64,000 nt of DNA from Octopus vulgaris (taxonomy: Eukaryota), in the NCBI GenBank assembly GCA_951406725.2, contig OX597820.1, positions 3,472,001-3,536,000 on the forward strand, in the 5' to 3' direction. Under the pieces are notes generated by a model, which had not been told where the DNA came from, did not search any database, and worked only from the letters and a program-made list of their open reading frames with translations. Positions 28,202 through 41,423 of this stretch are shown one piece after another. Each line of letters begins with the position of its first letter. The stretch's first letter is position 1. Made by a program: the position numbers and the translations under genes.

Positions 28202-28921
28202 GGTATAACATACGAAGTATTTTGAGCATCTTTAGTCCTGGAGAATCCCCCACCTCTCGAAGAAGTCCATACCTGTGAGAACCAGTCGAGAGACTAAATT
28301 ACTTCTTAAGAAATTGATGTTGCAATCCAGCAGTATTTTATTTCCGATACGGTTTATCCGAACGTTGGAGGCAAACTTATTTTTGAACGGATTTTTTTCT
28401 ATTTCGAGTCGAAGTATCGATTTATTGTAATTTTATCTTCAAGCACATGAATACACACTACTAATAAATTAATTTAGTCTAATATTACAGTCATGTTTGT
28501 GTTCGCAACAATTCCCGTTTTCATTTGTTGCATCGATGATGATTAAACTCTCGAATACAAATCATTTTCTTCAATACACTGAATGAATGAAGACATAGAT
28601 TTAGTAAAAGGAAAACTCCGGACAATCGAATTATTTGAAAACATGGTTTACTGTTAGAAAAAAAAAAAAACTCGTTCATCGAATTTGGGAGCGTATGAGA
28701 TCATTTTCGAAAGTTAAAATGTCCTGTTGTAGACGAGTTAAATATAGCACAAGGAATGAACAGAAAGAGTCGAGAGTAAATAAAACATTGGTCTTATCAG
28801 CGATTCTTACCATTCTGAATCCGTTCGATTAAAACTGGGCAGGGTTCTTTGTCACTGACGAAATCCTAATGTATAAAAACAATCACCGCATGGTATAGAT
28901 AATGGTATTATTATAACACTG

Positions 28922-29131
28922 TTAGCACGCCGGGTGAAATGCGTAGCCGTATTTCGTCTGCCGTTACGTTCTGAGTTCAAATTCCGCCGAGGTCGACTTT
29001 GCCTTTCATCCTTCCGGAGTCGATAAATTAAGTACCAGTTACGCACTGGGGTTGATATAATCGACTTAATCCGTTTGTCTGTCCTTGTTTGTCCCTTTTG
29101 TGTTTAGCTCCTTGTGGGTAATAAAGCAATA
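28922..29131 (+). mobile_element. 5'-truncated SINE family A with 18-bp TSD
   Basis: GGTATTATTA(T/A)AACACTG at 28904-28921 and 29132-29149. Confidence 0.9.
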
Positions 29132-30013
29132 GGTATTATTAAAACACTGGCCTTTTGGAGAAACTATGACACCTCTAGTTTCAGCAAACTGCATTCTGCC
29201 ACAGACAAGAATTTTTTTGGTGGTGGTGGTGGTGGTGGGTCTTCAATAATTAACTTCTGTAATTTATTTCTTAATTATCCTAATTTCTACGCCTACCCTT
29301 GTACACACAGTTAGTGTTTCTCCCATCACTTCTTCGGTTCATGCTTTGCCGAAGGAGTTTAATAATACCAAAACATGTCCAAAGTTGTCTTCCGTATATA
29401 CTGAAAAGATTAAAATAACACTAGCTATTAAGCTTATACTGTGTCTTTTCCTCACCGCATAATTATTTTTAATTTAGTATTCAACAAGAGATATGTGGAG
29501 ACCAAAAAGAAAATCAATCTTTATAGCCGTCTGTGCACCATACCTAATGCATAGACACAGTCGATTGGCCAGTTGCTGCAGTGTTTGTCCTGAGATAACA
29601 TCGGCTATTCAGAGCATCAGTGAATATCGTATCCATATTTCCTATATCAGGGCTGACGAATTCTAGCGCGGACATGCGGGGCTGACTGTGAGTCTACGTC
29701 ATTGAAAAGGACAAAAACGGCTGAAACGTGTCTGGCATTCTCACTGGTCACTGCCGAGACGATTTTTCATTTCTCTCTGACATTTGTTGTGCTTTAAACA
29801 CAACATAACCATTTGAGACGTTATCTTAGGATAAATACTGCAGTAGCAGACCCTATCAACAGTTTGTATACATTTAGTATGATAAATAGATAGCTATTTT
29901 AATAAAAATTTTGCTTCAATTGCGTAATCCAGATTCTTTATATCCTTTTCTTCACTCCATGATATGATTCATCTATTTAATGCTATCGTTTGTTAATTTG
30001 TTATAAATTTTAC

Positions 30014-30048
<35 letters not shown>

Positions 30049-30140
30049 GTTATTATTATCATTATTATTATTATTATTATTATTATCATTATTGTTGTTG
30101 TTATAATTATTGTTGTTGTTGTTGTTGTTGTTCTTTATAG

Positions 30141-30278
30141 TCAGTTACACGAACTCAACATTATTATTGAGATGGTTTCCCGTCAAAGCAGTTCAAATAA
30201 GCAAGGATGTGGTTGACACACAATTCATAATGCAGAAGGTCACACAGTCTGAATGTGTGAACTTTGTTCGACAAGAAG
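30141..30278 (+). CDS. Cys-loop anion channel subunit, 138-bp exon (loop B to loop C)
   Basis: ctttatag acceptor and g|gtatgt donor; (F)SYTNSTLLLRWFPVKAVQISKDVVDTQFIMQKVTQSECVNFVRQE(G); 138 bp conserved size; phases fit both neighbours; absent from the ORF track. Confidence 0.92.
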
Positions 30279-30581
30279 GTATGTGAAATATAACCAAATG
30301 TCTGTTATGATCCACAGAAGCAGTGTTAGCACCAAACAGCAGTCTTAATATCCTACTCGACATGGGCGTACTTTAAGAACGCCATAAAACTGCGATATAC
30401 GTCCTGAGAAAGCGTCTCTTGCAAAAACAAAACAGTAGCAGCAGACAGAAGATATCTGCTGCTGCGGATATTTCTGGGCTTTTTAACACTATACGTCTAT
30501 ACGAGAGGCTTTCTCAGGACGAATACCTCAGTGTTGTGGCGGTCTTGAAGTATAGCCACTTTATGGTAATCAAATATTTAA

Positions 30582-30622
<41 letters not shown>

Positions 30623-30921
30623 AATCTACAGATGGAGAAGAACATACTACCACCATGTTCTTAATGATGAAATTAACCTCTCTGTCTATATATCTAACCT
30701 CATTGTAATGTTAGCAAATGAAATAAGTATAAAAGTGTACATTGTCTATTTAATTGAAAAATTCTATATGTGGCTGAAGATTGCTCGACGTTTTAAAACT
30801 GATGTAATACTTACAGTGTTTAATAAAATGAAGTATCAGGAAACGATTGTACTACACTACCTTGGATATCCTTGTCACTTATTTTGACTATATATATACA
30901 TATATATATATACATATATAC

Positions 30922-30999
<78 letters not shown>

Positions 31000-31640
31000 T
31001 ATGGAAGTGTGCTGTGCGCGAGAAGACCCGGCAGGACAAGTGAGTCCATAACCCGTGGCCTTCTACTTGGGATGGAGCCAGCCTACGTATGCATACCTTC
31101 CCTTCTTGGGACACAAACTCTACTTGTGAAGACCTGTTGAGGCAAGTGAGGATCAGAATCGAAATCGATCAATGGAAATTGCAGATGTGTTACCAGTGCC
31201 GGTGGCATGTCGAAACTCTACTTGTGAAGACCCGTTGAGGCAAGTGAGGATCAGAATGGAAATCGATCAATGGAAATTGCAGATGTGTTACCAGTGCCGG
31301 TGGCATGTAAGAGAACCTTCCATTTCGCGACCGCTGCCAGCACCGCCCCGTTTCGTGTCCGTTGCCAGCCTCGCCTGGCCCTTGTGCCGGTGGCACATAA
31401 AAAGCACCATCCGTTCGTGGCCGTTTGCCAGCTCTGTCTGGCACCTGTGCGGGTGGCACGTAAAAAGCACCCACTACACTCACGGAGTGGTTGGCGTTAG
31501 GAAGGGCATCCAGCCGTAGAAACACTGCCAGATTTGACTGGGCCTGATGAAGCCTTCTGGCTTCACAGACCCCAGTAGAACCGTCCAACCCATGCTAGCA
31601 TGGAAAACGGACGCTAAACGACGACGATGATGATGATGAT
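31000..31640 (+). mobile_element. Non-autonomous retroelement family D, (GAT)n tail, internal ~95-bp tandem duplication
   Basis: AAAAGCACCCACTACACTC..GGAGTGGTTGGCGTTAGGAAGGGCATCCAG...CATGGAAAACGGACG.TAAACGATGAT, also at ~41520, 45545, 49060, 51730, 53415, 56580, 56970, 60545. Confidence 0.85.
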
Positions 31641-31657
31641 ATATATATATGTATATA

Positions 31658-31883
<226 letters not shown>

Positions 31884-32661
31884 TCCAAGCCATTAAAATC
31901 CAGAAACAGCAGTTGGCTATCAGTTACAAGATAAAATACGAAACCAATTTTACGCAATGAGAAATGATGCATCATCAAATATCACCGCCAAGCCTTGTAT
32001 TTGTATTTCGTTACTGAATTCCAATTCCACTGGAATCGTCCTCAAAATGAATACCAGTCACATACTAGGGTTCATTGGTTATCAGACGTTTTGGCGCAGT
32101 TGTTTTGGCGCCACTTATTTCGCGCTGCTGATTCGACACTGACTTATTTGACATCAGATGTTCTAATGTTTCTCTTCCTCTCTTCCTCCCTCTTTATAAA
32201 CCCCTTGTTATGCTTATATGTATGTGTAATCTCTCGCTGTGTGACTTCTCTGTCTCTGTCTCACAATTTGTATCAATGTGTTTGTATATTTTGAGCGTGT
32301 GTATGTGTTTGCCTCCAATACCAAAACGTACTGTTGCCAAACCAGTCAGCCGTACCAATTCACTAGCGTCCAAGCAGCAGCGCCCAGTTATCCCATTCCC
32401 TGCTTCATTCTACTGAAGGTTGCCAACCCATAAAACCATGTGCCTTTGAATGGAAGTAACGCTAGAGCACCGGGAAAATGTTATGCAATACTCCGACTCT
32501 TTAAGATCTGAATTTCAAATCCCACCATGGCCAACTTTGTCTTTTCGGGATCCATAAAGCAAAGCACCAGTCAAGAACTGGAATCGATAAAACCAATCCA
32601 CTCTTCTGCAATTGCTGACCTTGTGCCAAAATTATTATTATTGTTGTTGTTGTTGTTATCT

Positions 32662-32878
32662 AAGGCGGCGAGCTGGCAGAATCGTTAGCATGCGGGGCAA
32701 AATGCATAGCGGTATTTCGTCTGCCGTTACGTTCTGAGTTCAAATTCCACCGAGGTCGACTTTGCCGTTCATCCTTTCGAAGTCGATAAATTAAGTACCA
32801 GTTACGCACTGGGGTCAATGTAAATGACTAGGCCACTCTCCCAAAATTTCAGGCCTTATGCCTTTCGTAGAAAGGAGT
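32662..32878 (+). mobile_element. SINE family A
   Basis: Intact head and central domain. Confidence 0.9.
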
Positions 32879-32894
32879 ATTATTATTAATATTA

Positions 32895-33463
32895 TTATTC
32901 AGTAGTTTTATTTTTTATAGCGTGCTTTCACTTCACTACCGAGCGCAGCTCTGTGTGCCTTGGGTATGTGCTGTGATTTGTTGTAATGCTCTGATGGTCA
33001 TTGCATGGAAAGTGTTCTGCGTAGGATGTGTGCAGTGTCTAGTAGTGAAAATTTCTGTATGTTATATGTGTTTGTAAGTCCTGGTGTTTTTGTTATGTAT
33101 TTGTCTGAATATTTTTTTATCATGCCTAATGCACCTTCTATGATAGGGATTGTTTCTGTTTTTAGATTCCACATTCTGGTTACCTCTATTTCCAGGTCTT
33201 TGTATTTTGAAAGTTTCTCCATTTCTTTTAGAGACACGTTGTCATCCGCTGGTATTGATACATCAATTAGAAAGCATTTTTTTTCTTCACGATCTCTGAC
33301 AACTATATCTGGTCTGTTGGCCTTAATTTCTCTATCTGTGTGTATCGGCATATCCCAGAGTGTGGTTTCTTTCTCGTTTTTCTGTGACCTTTTCTGGTGT
33401 GTGCCTATACCATCTTTTTTCTGTTGTTATTCCATAATGTTGGCATAGCTTCCAGTGTATGTA

Positions 33464-33464
<1 letters not shown>
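32895..33464 (-). mobile_element. RLE non-LTR retrotransposon (R4/Dong-like), 5'-truncated
   Basis: LWDMPIHTDREIKANRPDIVVRD...LIDVSIPADDNVSLKEMEKLSKYKDL...PIIEGALG; both ends in (TAA)n. Confidence 0.9.
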
Positions 33465-33518
<54 letters not shown>

Positions 33519-33519
33519 C

Positions 33520-33865
33520 TTCGTAATACAGTGTAGGTAAAAATGAACAGGAGTCTTTAGTCATCTGTCAAGTCACAACAAGGACCTCAGGCAGATAATA
33601 CTTTCCTTAAGATGTGCGCTTTACCCAATAAGGTTGCCTTTTTGCAAGATACCAATCTTGCATGGGATTTCCAGTTGCCTTAAGAAGTCTTGAAGTTTCA
33701 ATGGAATTGAGCGCAACGTGCCGATCACCACTGGTATCACTTGTACATTACCCTCTAGCATTCCATACACTCTTGCAATTTCCACTTTCAATTCGGCGGA
33801 GTACTCGGTGATTTTTTCAACCACTTTACTCACAATAATAATGATGATGATGATGATGATGATAG

Positions 33866-33897
<32 letters not shown>

Positions 33898-34370
33898 CAA
33901 TGGCTATGATGCTCCCCCGCTACTTCTGCTCGTGATCAGAGATGCACATATCGTCAGCCACTAAGTGCCATGCTCAATTGGTTATGGTCAAACAACTGAC
34001 AAGCAAATCTGTGGTATTGAGCAGAATATTTGCTGTAGCTCATCTTTTATACCAAGACAAAACAATGTAAATGATAACACTTCTGATCAGTTAAGATCAG
34101 AAACCATGAGAGCCACTGCCTGGTACTGCATCAGGGCATTTATTATTATTAAAATTATTATTATTATTATTATTCAGTAGTTTTATTTTTTATAGCGTGC
34201 TTTCACTTCACTACCGAGCACAGCTCTGTGTGCCTTGGGTATGTGCTGTGATTTGTTGTGATGCTCTGATGGTTATTGTATGGAAAGTGTTCTGCGTAGG
34301 ATGTGTGCAGTGCCTAGTAGTGCAATTTTCTGTATGTTATATGTGTTTGTAAGTCCTGGTGTTTTTGTTA
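33520..34370 (-). mobile_element. Further RLE-LINE fragments in (TAA)n/(ATG)n tracts
   Basis: EKITEYSAELKVEIARVY..VIPVVIGTL (33621-33833); 34172-34370 nearly duplicates 32895-33095. Confidence 0.8.
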
Positions 34371-34427
<57 letters not shown>

Positions 34428-35544
34428 CGATGTGCTGTACATAATGTAGTTTATTACCCTAAAGTATTAAACTTCGTTATTTTACATCCGGGCAGAGTAT
34501 AGTCGATGGTTTTTGCCTTTCATCTTTCCAGAATTGTTAAGCTTGTACAAGTTACAACAGGAGTCGATTCAATCAATTTATACTCCTACGAAGTGGCTTG
34601 TATCTACCACCACAATTCCTGCAAGGCTACCAGCCTAAAATACAGAAACAAAAGATTTTTTGGTGCATCACACAAGCAGCAAACTCTGCTGCATCGCAGA
34701 TTGCATTCGGTTGTTTTGTTTCGTTGCCAAGAGGATCTCTACCGGTTTTACATCTCACCCATAAATTTGTGGTTTTCTGATCGATATCATAATCGATATT
34801 AATATGTTATATATTTAAATTTTATTTGTCGTTATTGAATTATGCATATAAATTCTATGTTAATAGAAAAATTACATCCGTTTTCGTTTCTTCTTTTGTT
34901 TAATATATTGTATATAACTATATGAATGTATGTATATGAGTACACACATCAGTATAGTGTGTCAATATATGTATATATTTTTGGCTGGTGCTTAGCTTTC
35001 TCTGCAGTTGAGAGGGGTTGTTTTACGATATGCTATAACAATCTTTAGTAATTCTTGAATTAAAAGTTGGCCAGATATTCTCATTTTTATTCACATACAT
35101 TCTCGTTTAAAATAGTGCACTCATACTCCAGCTTTTTATAATCTTAAACAAAGCTTCTAGAACCTTCGAAAATGCTATTTAGCGGGAATTTAAACAACTT
35201 TTATTTAAAGTCTACCAACCTTAATAGTTACCGCCAGCCGATACTGATTGGTCGATAAACATTTATGTAAACATTCATACCTGTTATGGTCATATAATTA
35301 GGCTGTGGTTCTAAACTGGGAATCTAAATGAGGTGATTCTAACCGAAACGAAACCTCTTCGCAGTATCTTCCTGCAGTGGGTTTGTCATAAAAACAAATG
35401 AAACTAAAGAAAAGGAATATGCGTCTATGTAGCCAAAAATTGGCAACTAAAACACAAAAACAAGTACAACTGCATGAACAGTAAAAGAAAAAGTTCACAA
35501 ATCATACTCGTTTCATATAAATCATTGTGGAATAGAAAATAGTG

Positions 35545-35587
<43 letters not shown>

Positions 35588-35620
35588 TATATACATATGT
35601 ATATGTACATACATCTATAC

Positions 35621-35685
<65 letters not shown>

Positions 35686-35689
35686 CATA

Positions 35690-37300
35690 TGTGGGCACAG
35701 GTCATCACGAAACGTATACAACAAAAAAGTACGAAGCACGAGTACATGGAATACAAACAATTCTTTCGAACAACGAAAGACACAAATGGAAAACAAAACA
35801 CACAACATAAAGAATGACCCTTCATCAGTTGTTGACTGTTTTTCTTGTCTCGTATTTCGGGCATTTAACAACAATATACGCTTTCGATAAAAGAGATTCT
35901 CCCGCAAAGCAAATTAAATAAAATTTGGGATTTTTGTGGAGGGTCAAAATTGGTAACACAAACAGGACAGTGAAAACAAACAGGAAGGGCTGCTAAGCTT
36001 AAATGAGGTTGTGGTGGCGAACGCGTAAATCAAGCTTGGACAGGAGACAAACAAGAACGCGTCTTCCTTGTTCCAGCTACAACGGAGAGAAAGAAACACA
36101 AGTTAGGAGAAGAAAGAAAGATGGCCGATGGTCACGATACACACACACACACATACACATACACACAAACAGACACATATATGTGTGAGTATGTGTGTGT
36201 ATGTGTGTGTGTTTATATATCGTCGAGATACCTTTTCCAGCTTTCTTGTATATATTTCATGAAGAAGTTTTCATTTCAAAAAAGCTACCTTGACGATTGC
36301 TTCATTTTATGAAATAATAGTATTGAATAATTAAAAGAATTTGAAGCAATCCTCAATGGAATTAATAAAAAAATATGCAATTCACCATGGAATATTGCCG
36401 TAACTAACGGCCATTTTTAGACATCGTAATAACGGAAGTCAATGACTAAATAAGGATGGGCATTTGCCATAAACCTACGAACTCCAGACAATGTCTTCCA
36501 TTCAATTCATGCCATCCAAGACATACCTGAATGAATGTCACCTATAATCTAGCCAAAATCATCTGCACAATGGTATCCGATGCAAACTTTCGTGAAATAA
36601 GGAAAACTGACAAATACACTCTTTTACGGGGATTATCCACCATCCTTGGCCGATAATGGAGAACAACGAACCAAAAAATTCAATATTCAGGAACTTAGAC
36701 AAACAAAAAGAAATGCATCAGAATTGGAAGTCCTACCATATATTTCCACCAGCAATTCCAAAAAACAACGAGGCCTCTAGCATTATATTCCATAACATAC
36801 CGTTACTGAAAAGTGGCCCAGGGCTGAACCATATCCTTCAAACACGTGCCGTCATAAAAAGCAAAAGACAATCCAAATCAAGGAAAAATTTGCTAACAAA
36901 GACCAAAGTTGGCAGACTAACAACAGGATTAACAGTAAAAAAAAAAAAAAAGGTATTTGTTTAAGAATCGGAAATCCATTTGAATCAAGGAAAATTTGTC
37001 AAAACGAAAAAACAATGCCTTCACCTTTGCATCTAAAGCTCTAATATGCAAGAACATGCTCAGGATGTGGAGAAAATTGCATAGGATGAATCGGGGGGGA
37101 TCCTTTAGATAGTGTATGACTCAGCATAGATCACAAATCAAAATACAAGGACACAGACAACTAGGACTCAGTGAACATATATACGCACGTGCAGTTAAAC
37201 AACTAAAATCTACGTTTTCCCCTTATAGTAATTGAGCAATGACACAGTTCAACAAAGAAACAATCTTCAAAACCAAATACCAACCATTTCTAAATACCTG
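35690..37300 (+). mobile_element. Degraded Penelope-like element (RT + GIY-YIG) with upstream pLTR-like repeat
   Basis: YLDDCFIL, QFTME, PFLDIVI, KPTNSRQCLPFNSCHPRHT, CSGCGENCIG, ending QPFLN; many stops and frameshifts. Confidence 0.8.
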
Positions 37301-37877
37301 TGGCAGAAGAAGGGAGAAAACAACTGCTAGTCTACTACAACCTCTGCTAAAATAGTAACAAGTACTACCACCAGTAGTTAGGCTGACAAAACAATGACTA
37401 CTACAGCCACTAACACTGCTACTACTGCTGCTGTTATTACGACCATGACCCAGCAGCAACAAGGAGGAAATGTAATACCAGCACTATGTGGTTTTTGCAG
37501 CAAAAACATGTGAATTTCTAGAACTAAAATCATGAAAGATTAATTTAATTTAATAGCAATGAAATTTTCCTTTTATTTTAACATGACTACGTTGTCTTTT
37601 GTAAATGACTGAAATCGGTAGCATATTTTGATAAAAGTATAAATACTTTCTTTGTTTTATCCATGATTTAATTCACAAAGTGTATATTTTTATTTGTATG
37701 TATGTATGTATGTGTATGTATGTAATGTATATGTCTGCATTAACCCTGAAAGTGCTATCCATGTAATATTTCACCTGTTCATTTCTTCCACTTTATTTCA
37801 GAGAGAAATTATTTGTTGAATTCATTTCTTATTCTTTAAATGCTATTTATTTTCTCTCTTTCTTGTTTATTTTTCAG

Positions 37878-38272
37878 GCAACCATAGCTGTCTTCAAGCA
37901 AATTTTCACCTGACCCGTAGTGTCGGTTATTATGTTGTCCAAATGTACATCCCAACAATACTCATTGTCGTCCTGTCTTGGTTGTCCTTTTGGTTGAATG
38001 TCGACTCGGTGCCCGGCCGTATATCTCTTGGTGTTCTCACAGTTCTCACAACAACCACTCAAATTTCATCTGTCAATGCAACTTTGCCAAGAGTCTCTTA
38101 TACAAAGGCCATAGATATCTGGATGGCAACCTGTCTGCTATTCGTATTCGCTGCATTACTTGAATTTGCAGTTGCTAATATCTTAAGTAGGAAAGAAACA
38201 ATGAATGGATTTTTCTTTCAACATGTTTACAGCAGAGATGGTAAACAAACCCACACCAATTACAAATCGGAG
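37878..38272 (+). CDS. Cys-loop anion channel subunit, exon with end of loop C and M1-M3
   Basis: ttttcag acceptor and gag|gtaaat donor; [61 protein letters not shown]...[32 protein letters not shown]. Confidence 0.97.
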
Positions 38273-38374
38273 GTAAATAAAAACGTGTTATTTTTCAATG
38301 AATTTTTTACATGAAATATACGAGTTTTGTGTTGTAAAACAATATTGAGTGTATGGGAATTAGCAGGAATTAAA

Positions 38375-39090
38375 TCTTTTACTTGTTTCAGTCATTAGAC
38401 TGCGGCCATGCTGGGGCACTACCTTGATGAGTTTTAGTCAATCAAATCAACCCCAAAACTTCTGTTTTTTTAAGATTAGTACTTATTCTATCTCTCTTAG
38501 GCCAAACTGCTAGGTTATGGGGATGTAAACACACCAACACCAGTTGTCAATGGGTGGTGGGATACAAACACAGACAGACACACATATATATATACCACAG
38601 ATTTCTTTCAGTTTCCATCTTCCAAATCCAGTGACAAGGCTTTGCTTGGCCTGAGCCCAAGGCTGTCTTACAAGACACGAAGTGCCACACAGTGGGACTG
38701 AACCCAGAATCATGTGACTGGGAAGCCCACTTCTTGCAGCACAGCTGTGCCTGCAAAGATTTATATATACAAGATCCCCTTCGGTCATCAATGACCACGG
38801 GATTGCACCTAGAAAGTCTGAGCAAGGTTCTTTTTATGGAAGACCAGCAGTTGCCCATGCATACCAGCCTCCCTTCTCCACACCACTGATGTTATCCAAG
38901 GGAAACGCAAAGAGGTCGATACAACTTGGCACCAGTGACGTCGCAACTCATTTCTACAGCTGAGTGAACTGGAGCAATGTGAAATAAAGTGTCTTGCTCA
39001 AGAACACAACACACAGTCCAGTCTGAGAATCGAACTCACTACCTCATGATTGTGAGCCCAACGCTCTAACTACTGAACCAAGCACCATCT
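38375..39090 (-). mobile_element. SINE family B (~38375-38752) and family C (~38770-39090)
   Basis: Homology to 1620-2075 and 40812-41160. Confidence 0.85.
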
Positions 39091-39139
39091 ATATATAAAT
39101 TTTTGTACATATTAAGATTAATTTTAAGAATTTGCTTTA

Positions 39140-39985
39140 AACCTTTGAGCAAGACAACTACAGTAACAGTACGGGATAGAAATGTTTCTATGCCAACAGA
39201 ATGTGGCAGTCCCATCCAGGACATTGTTACTGTTCCAGCTGGCCATTGATACACAGTTTGTGCCCATAAAGCATTTGCAAGGGAGGTCATCTATTTCTTT
39301 ACTACCCACAAGGGGCCAAACACAGAGGGGACAAACAAGGACAGACAAACAGATTAAGTCGATTATATCGACCCCAGTGCATCACTGGTACTTATTTAAT
39401 CGACCCCAAAAGGATGAAAGGCAAAGTCGACCTTGGCGGAATTTGAACTCAGAACGTAACGTCAGATGAAATACGGCTACGCATTTCGTCGACGTGCTAA
39501 CGTTTCTGCCAGCTCACCGCCTTATATTTGCAAGGTCATCGCTCCCATCTCTAGCCTTACAGGATACTCATAGACCTAGGTTTCTGAACAGTAGCATCGT
39601 CCTTTATAGGACTACCACATTCTGTTGGCATATAAACATTACTATCCGGTACTGTTACTGTATATCTCTCATTCAGAGATTTGAAACAAGTTGTTTTTCT
39701 CTATATGAGATCAGCAACTGTGTGTCACTTAAAGAATATATAGTATTTGCAAGTGGAGAGAGCTTTCGTCAGCAGCTTGTGCTTGTCCCACACATTCAGA
39801 AACCTAGGTCTGTGAGTGCCATGTAAGGCTAGAGATGGGAGCAATGATCTCCCTTGCAAATGCTATGTGGATACAAACTGTGTGTTGATAGCCAGCTGGA
39901 AAAGATGTCTGCCTGGGGCTAAAACAACAGTAACATCATCCTTTATAGGACTGCCACATTCTGTTGGCATAGAAACATTACTAAT
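39140..39985. mobile_element. Compound fold-back/MITE interrupted by a minus-strand SINE A (~39290-39525)
   Basis: ATGCCAACAGAATGTGG (~39190) is inverted at ~39615 and ~39955; CTCCCATCTCTAGCCTTAC (~39542) is inverted at ~39823. Confidence 0.7.
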
Positions 39986-40008
39986 TTTAATAACATTATG
40001 TATATATG

Positions 40009-40071
<63 letters not shown>

Positions 40072-40811
40072 CAAAGGTAGGACAAAAAAATCATAGCAAG
40101 CAGAATTGAACAAAACACAAAAAGCAGAAAAAAAGACGATTACATAACAAACAGCAAAGAGGACAGGAACAAGATCCACGGACCCTTTGCAGCAAATTTC
40201 TTCATCAGTCGGTTTCTGGGAAGTCATTATAGTTTCACACCCCTTTAATACGGAGACTATTCGAATCCAGCAATGTGCCAAGGACTTAAGCGAAAAACAT
40301 AGAAGAACAAAACAAGAATGGAAACAAAGAGAAAATGAAAACTATATGCGTACAACAGAATGTCTTTCGGCTGTACAAAGCAGAGGAAATAATTGAACAT
40401 TACAAATTTGAAGAGATGAATATCAGAAAGGGTCTTTCGACTATCGGACGCGTGTAAAGATATGAAATAATGCAAAGAGCAGCAGAAAAAGAATTATATA
40501 CATATATAATGGACAAGCCCCCTTTTGGCTACGCAATGTAAGGAAAATAATTGCCACATAAATAAATAACAAAAAGGGTCTTTCGACTATCAGACAGAGG
40601 TGGGAAATGGGCGCAAGGAAAAAATGAAAAAGAATATTTAATAATAGGAGGGTAGACATGTGTGTGTGTGTGTGTGTGTGATATGAATTAGAGATAAAAC
40701 CACTATTATGCAACTCAAACAGTGATAGACATAAACCAATACATAAATAACTGATAATATATATAATTAATATAATATATAATATATATATGTATAGATA
40801 TATATATATAT

Positions 40812-41160
40812 GTGAAGACGCATGGCTCAGTGGTTAGAGCGTTGAGCTTACGATCGTGAGGTTGTGAGCTCGAATCCCGGACCGGGCTGCGTGTTGTGTT
40901 CTTGAGCAAGACACTTTATTTCACGTTGCTCCAGTTCACTCAGCTGTAGAAATGAGTTGCGACGTCACGAGTGCCAAGCTGTATCGGCCCCTTTGCCTTT
41001 CACTTGGATAACACTGGTGGCGTGGAGAGGGAAGGCCGGTATGCATGGGCGACTGCTGGTCTTCCATAAACAACCTTGCCTGGACTTGTGACTAGGAGGG
41101 TAACTTTCTAGGTGCAATCCCATGGTCAGTGTCGTGACAGAAGGGGGTCCCGGATCCCCC
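40812..41160 (+). mobile_element. tRNA-derived SINE family C, full length
   Basis: TGGCTCAGTGGTTAGAGC A box, GAGCTCGAATCCC B box; inverse copies at 38770 and 60995. Confidence 0.88.
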
Positions 41161-41374
41161 GTATATATACATATATATATATTTTAGTATAAAAGTTTAA
41201 AATGAATGATAAATATAATATAAAATGTAAAAACTCTATGTACGTTTCATGGCTATAATTAAATTCGAATTATTATATTATTATAATATATATATATACA
41301 TTTATATATATATATATATATATATATAACCCATGCTAGCATGGAAAACAGACGCTAAACGATGATGATGATGA

Positions 41375-41423
<49 letters not shown>

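Noticed and set aside
40812-40890. tRNA gene
   Set aside because: A/B boxes continue into a SINE body repeated elsewhere; the same applies to the other SINE heads
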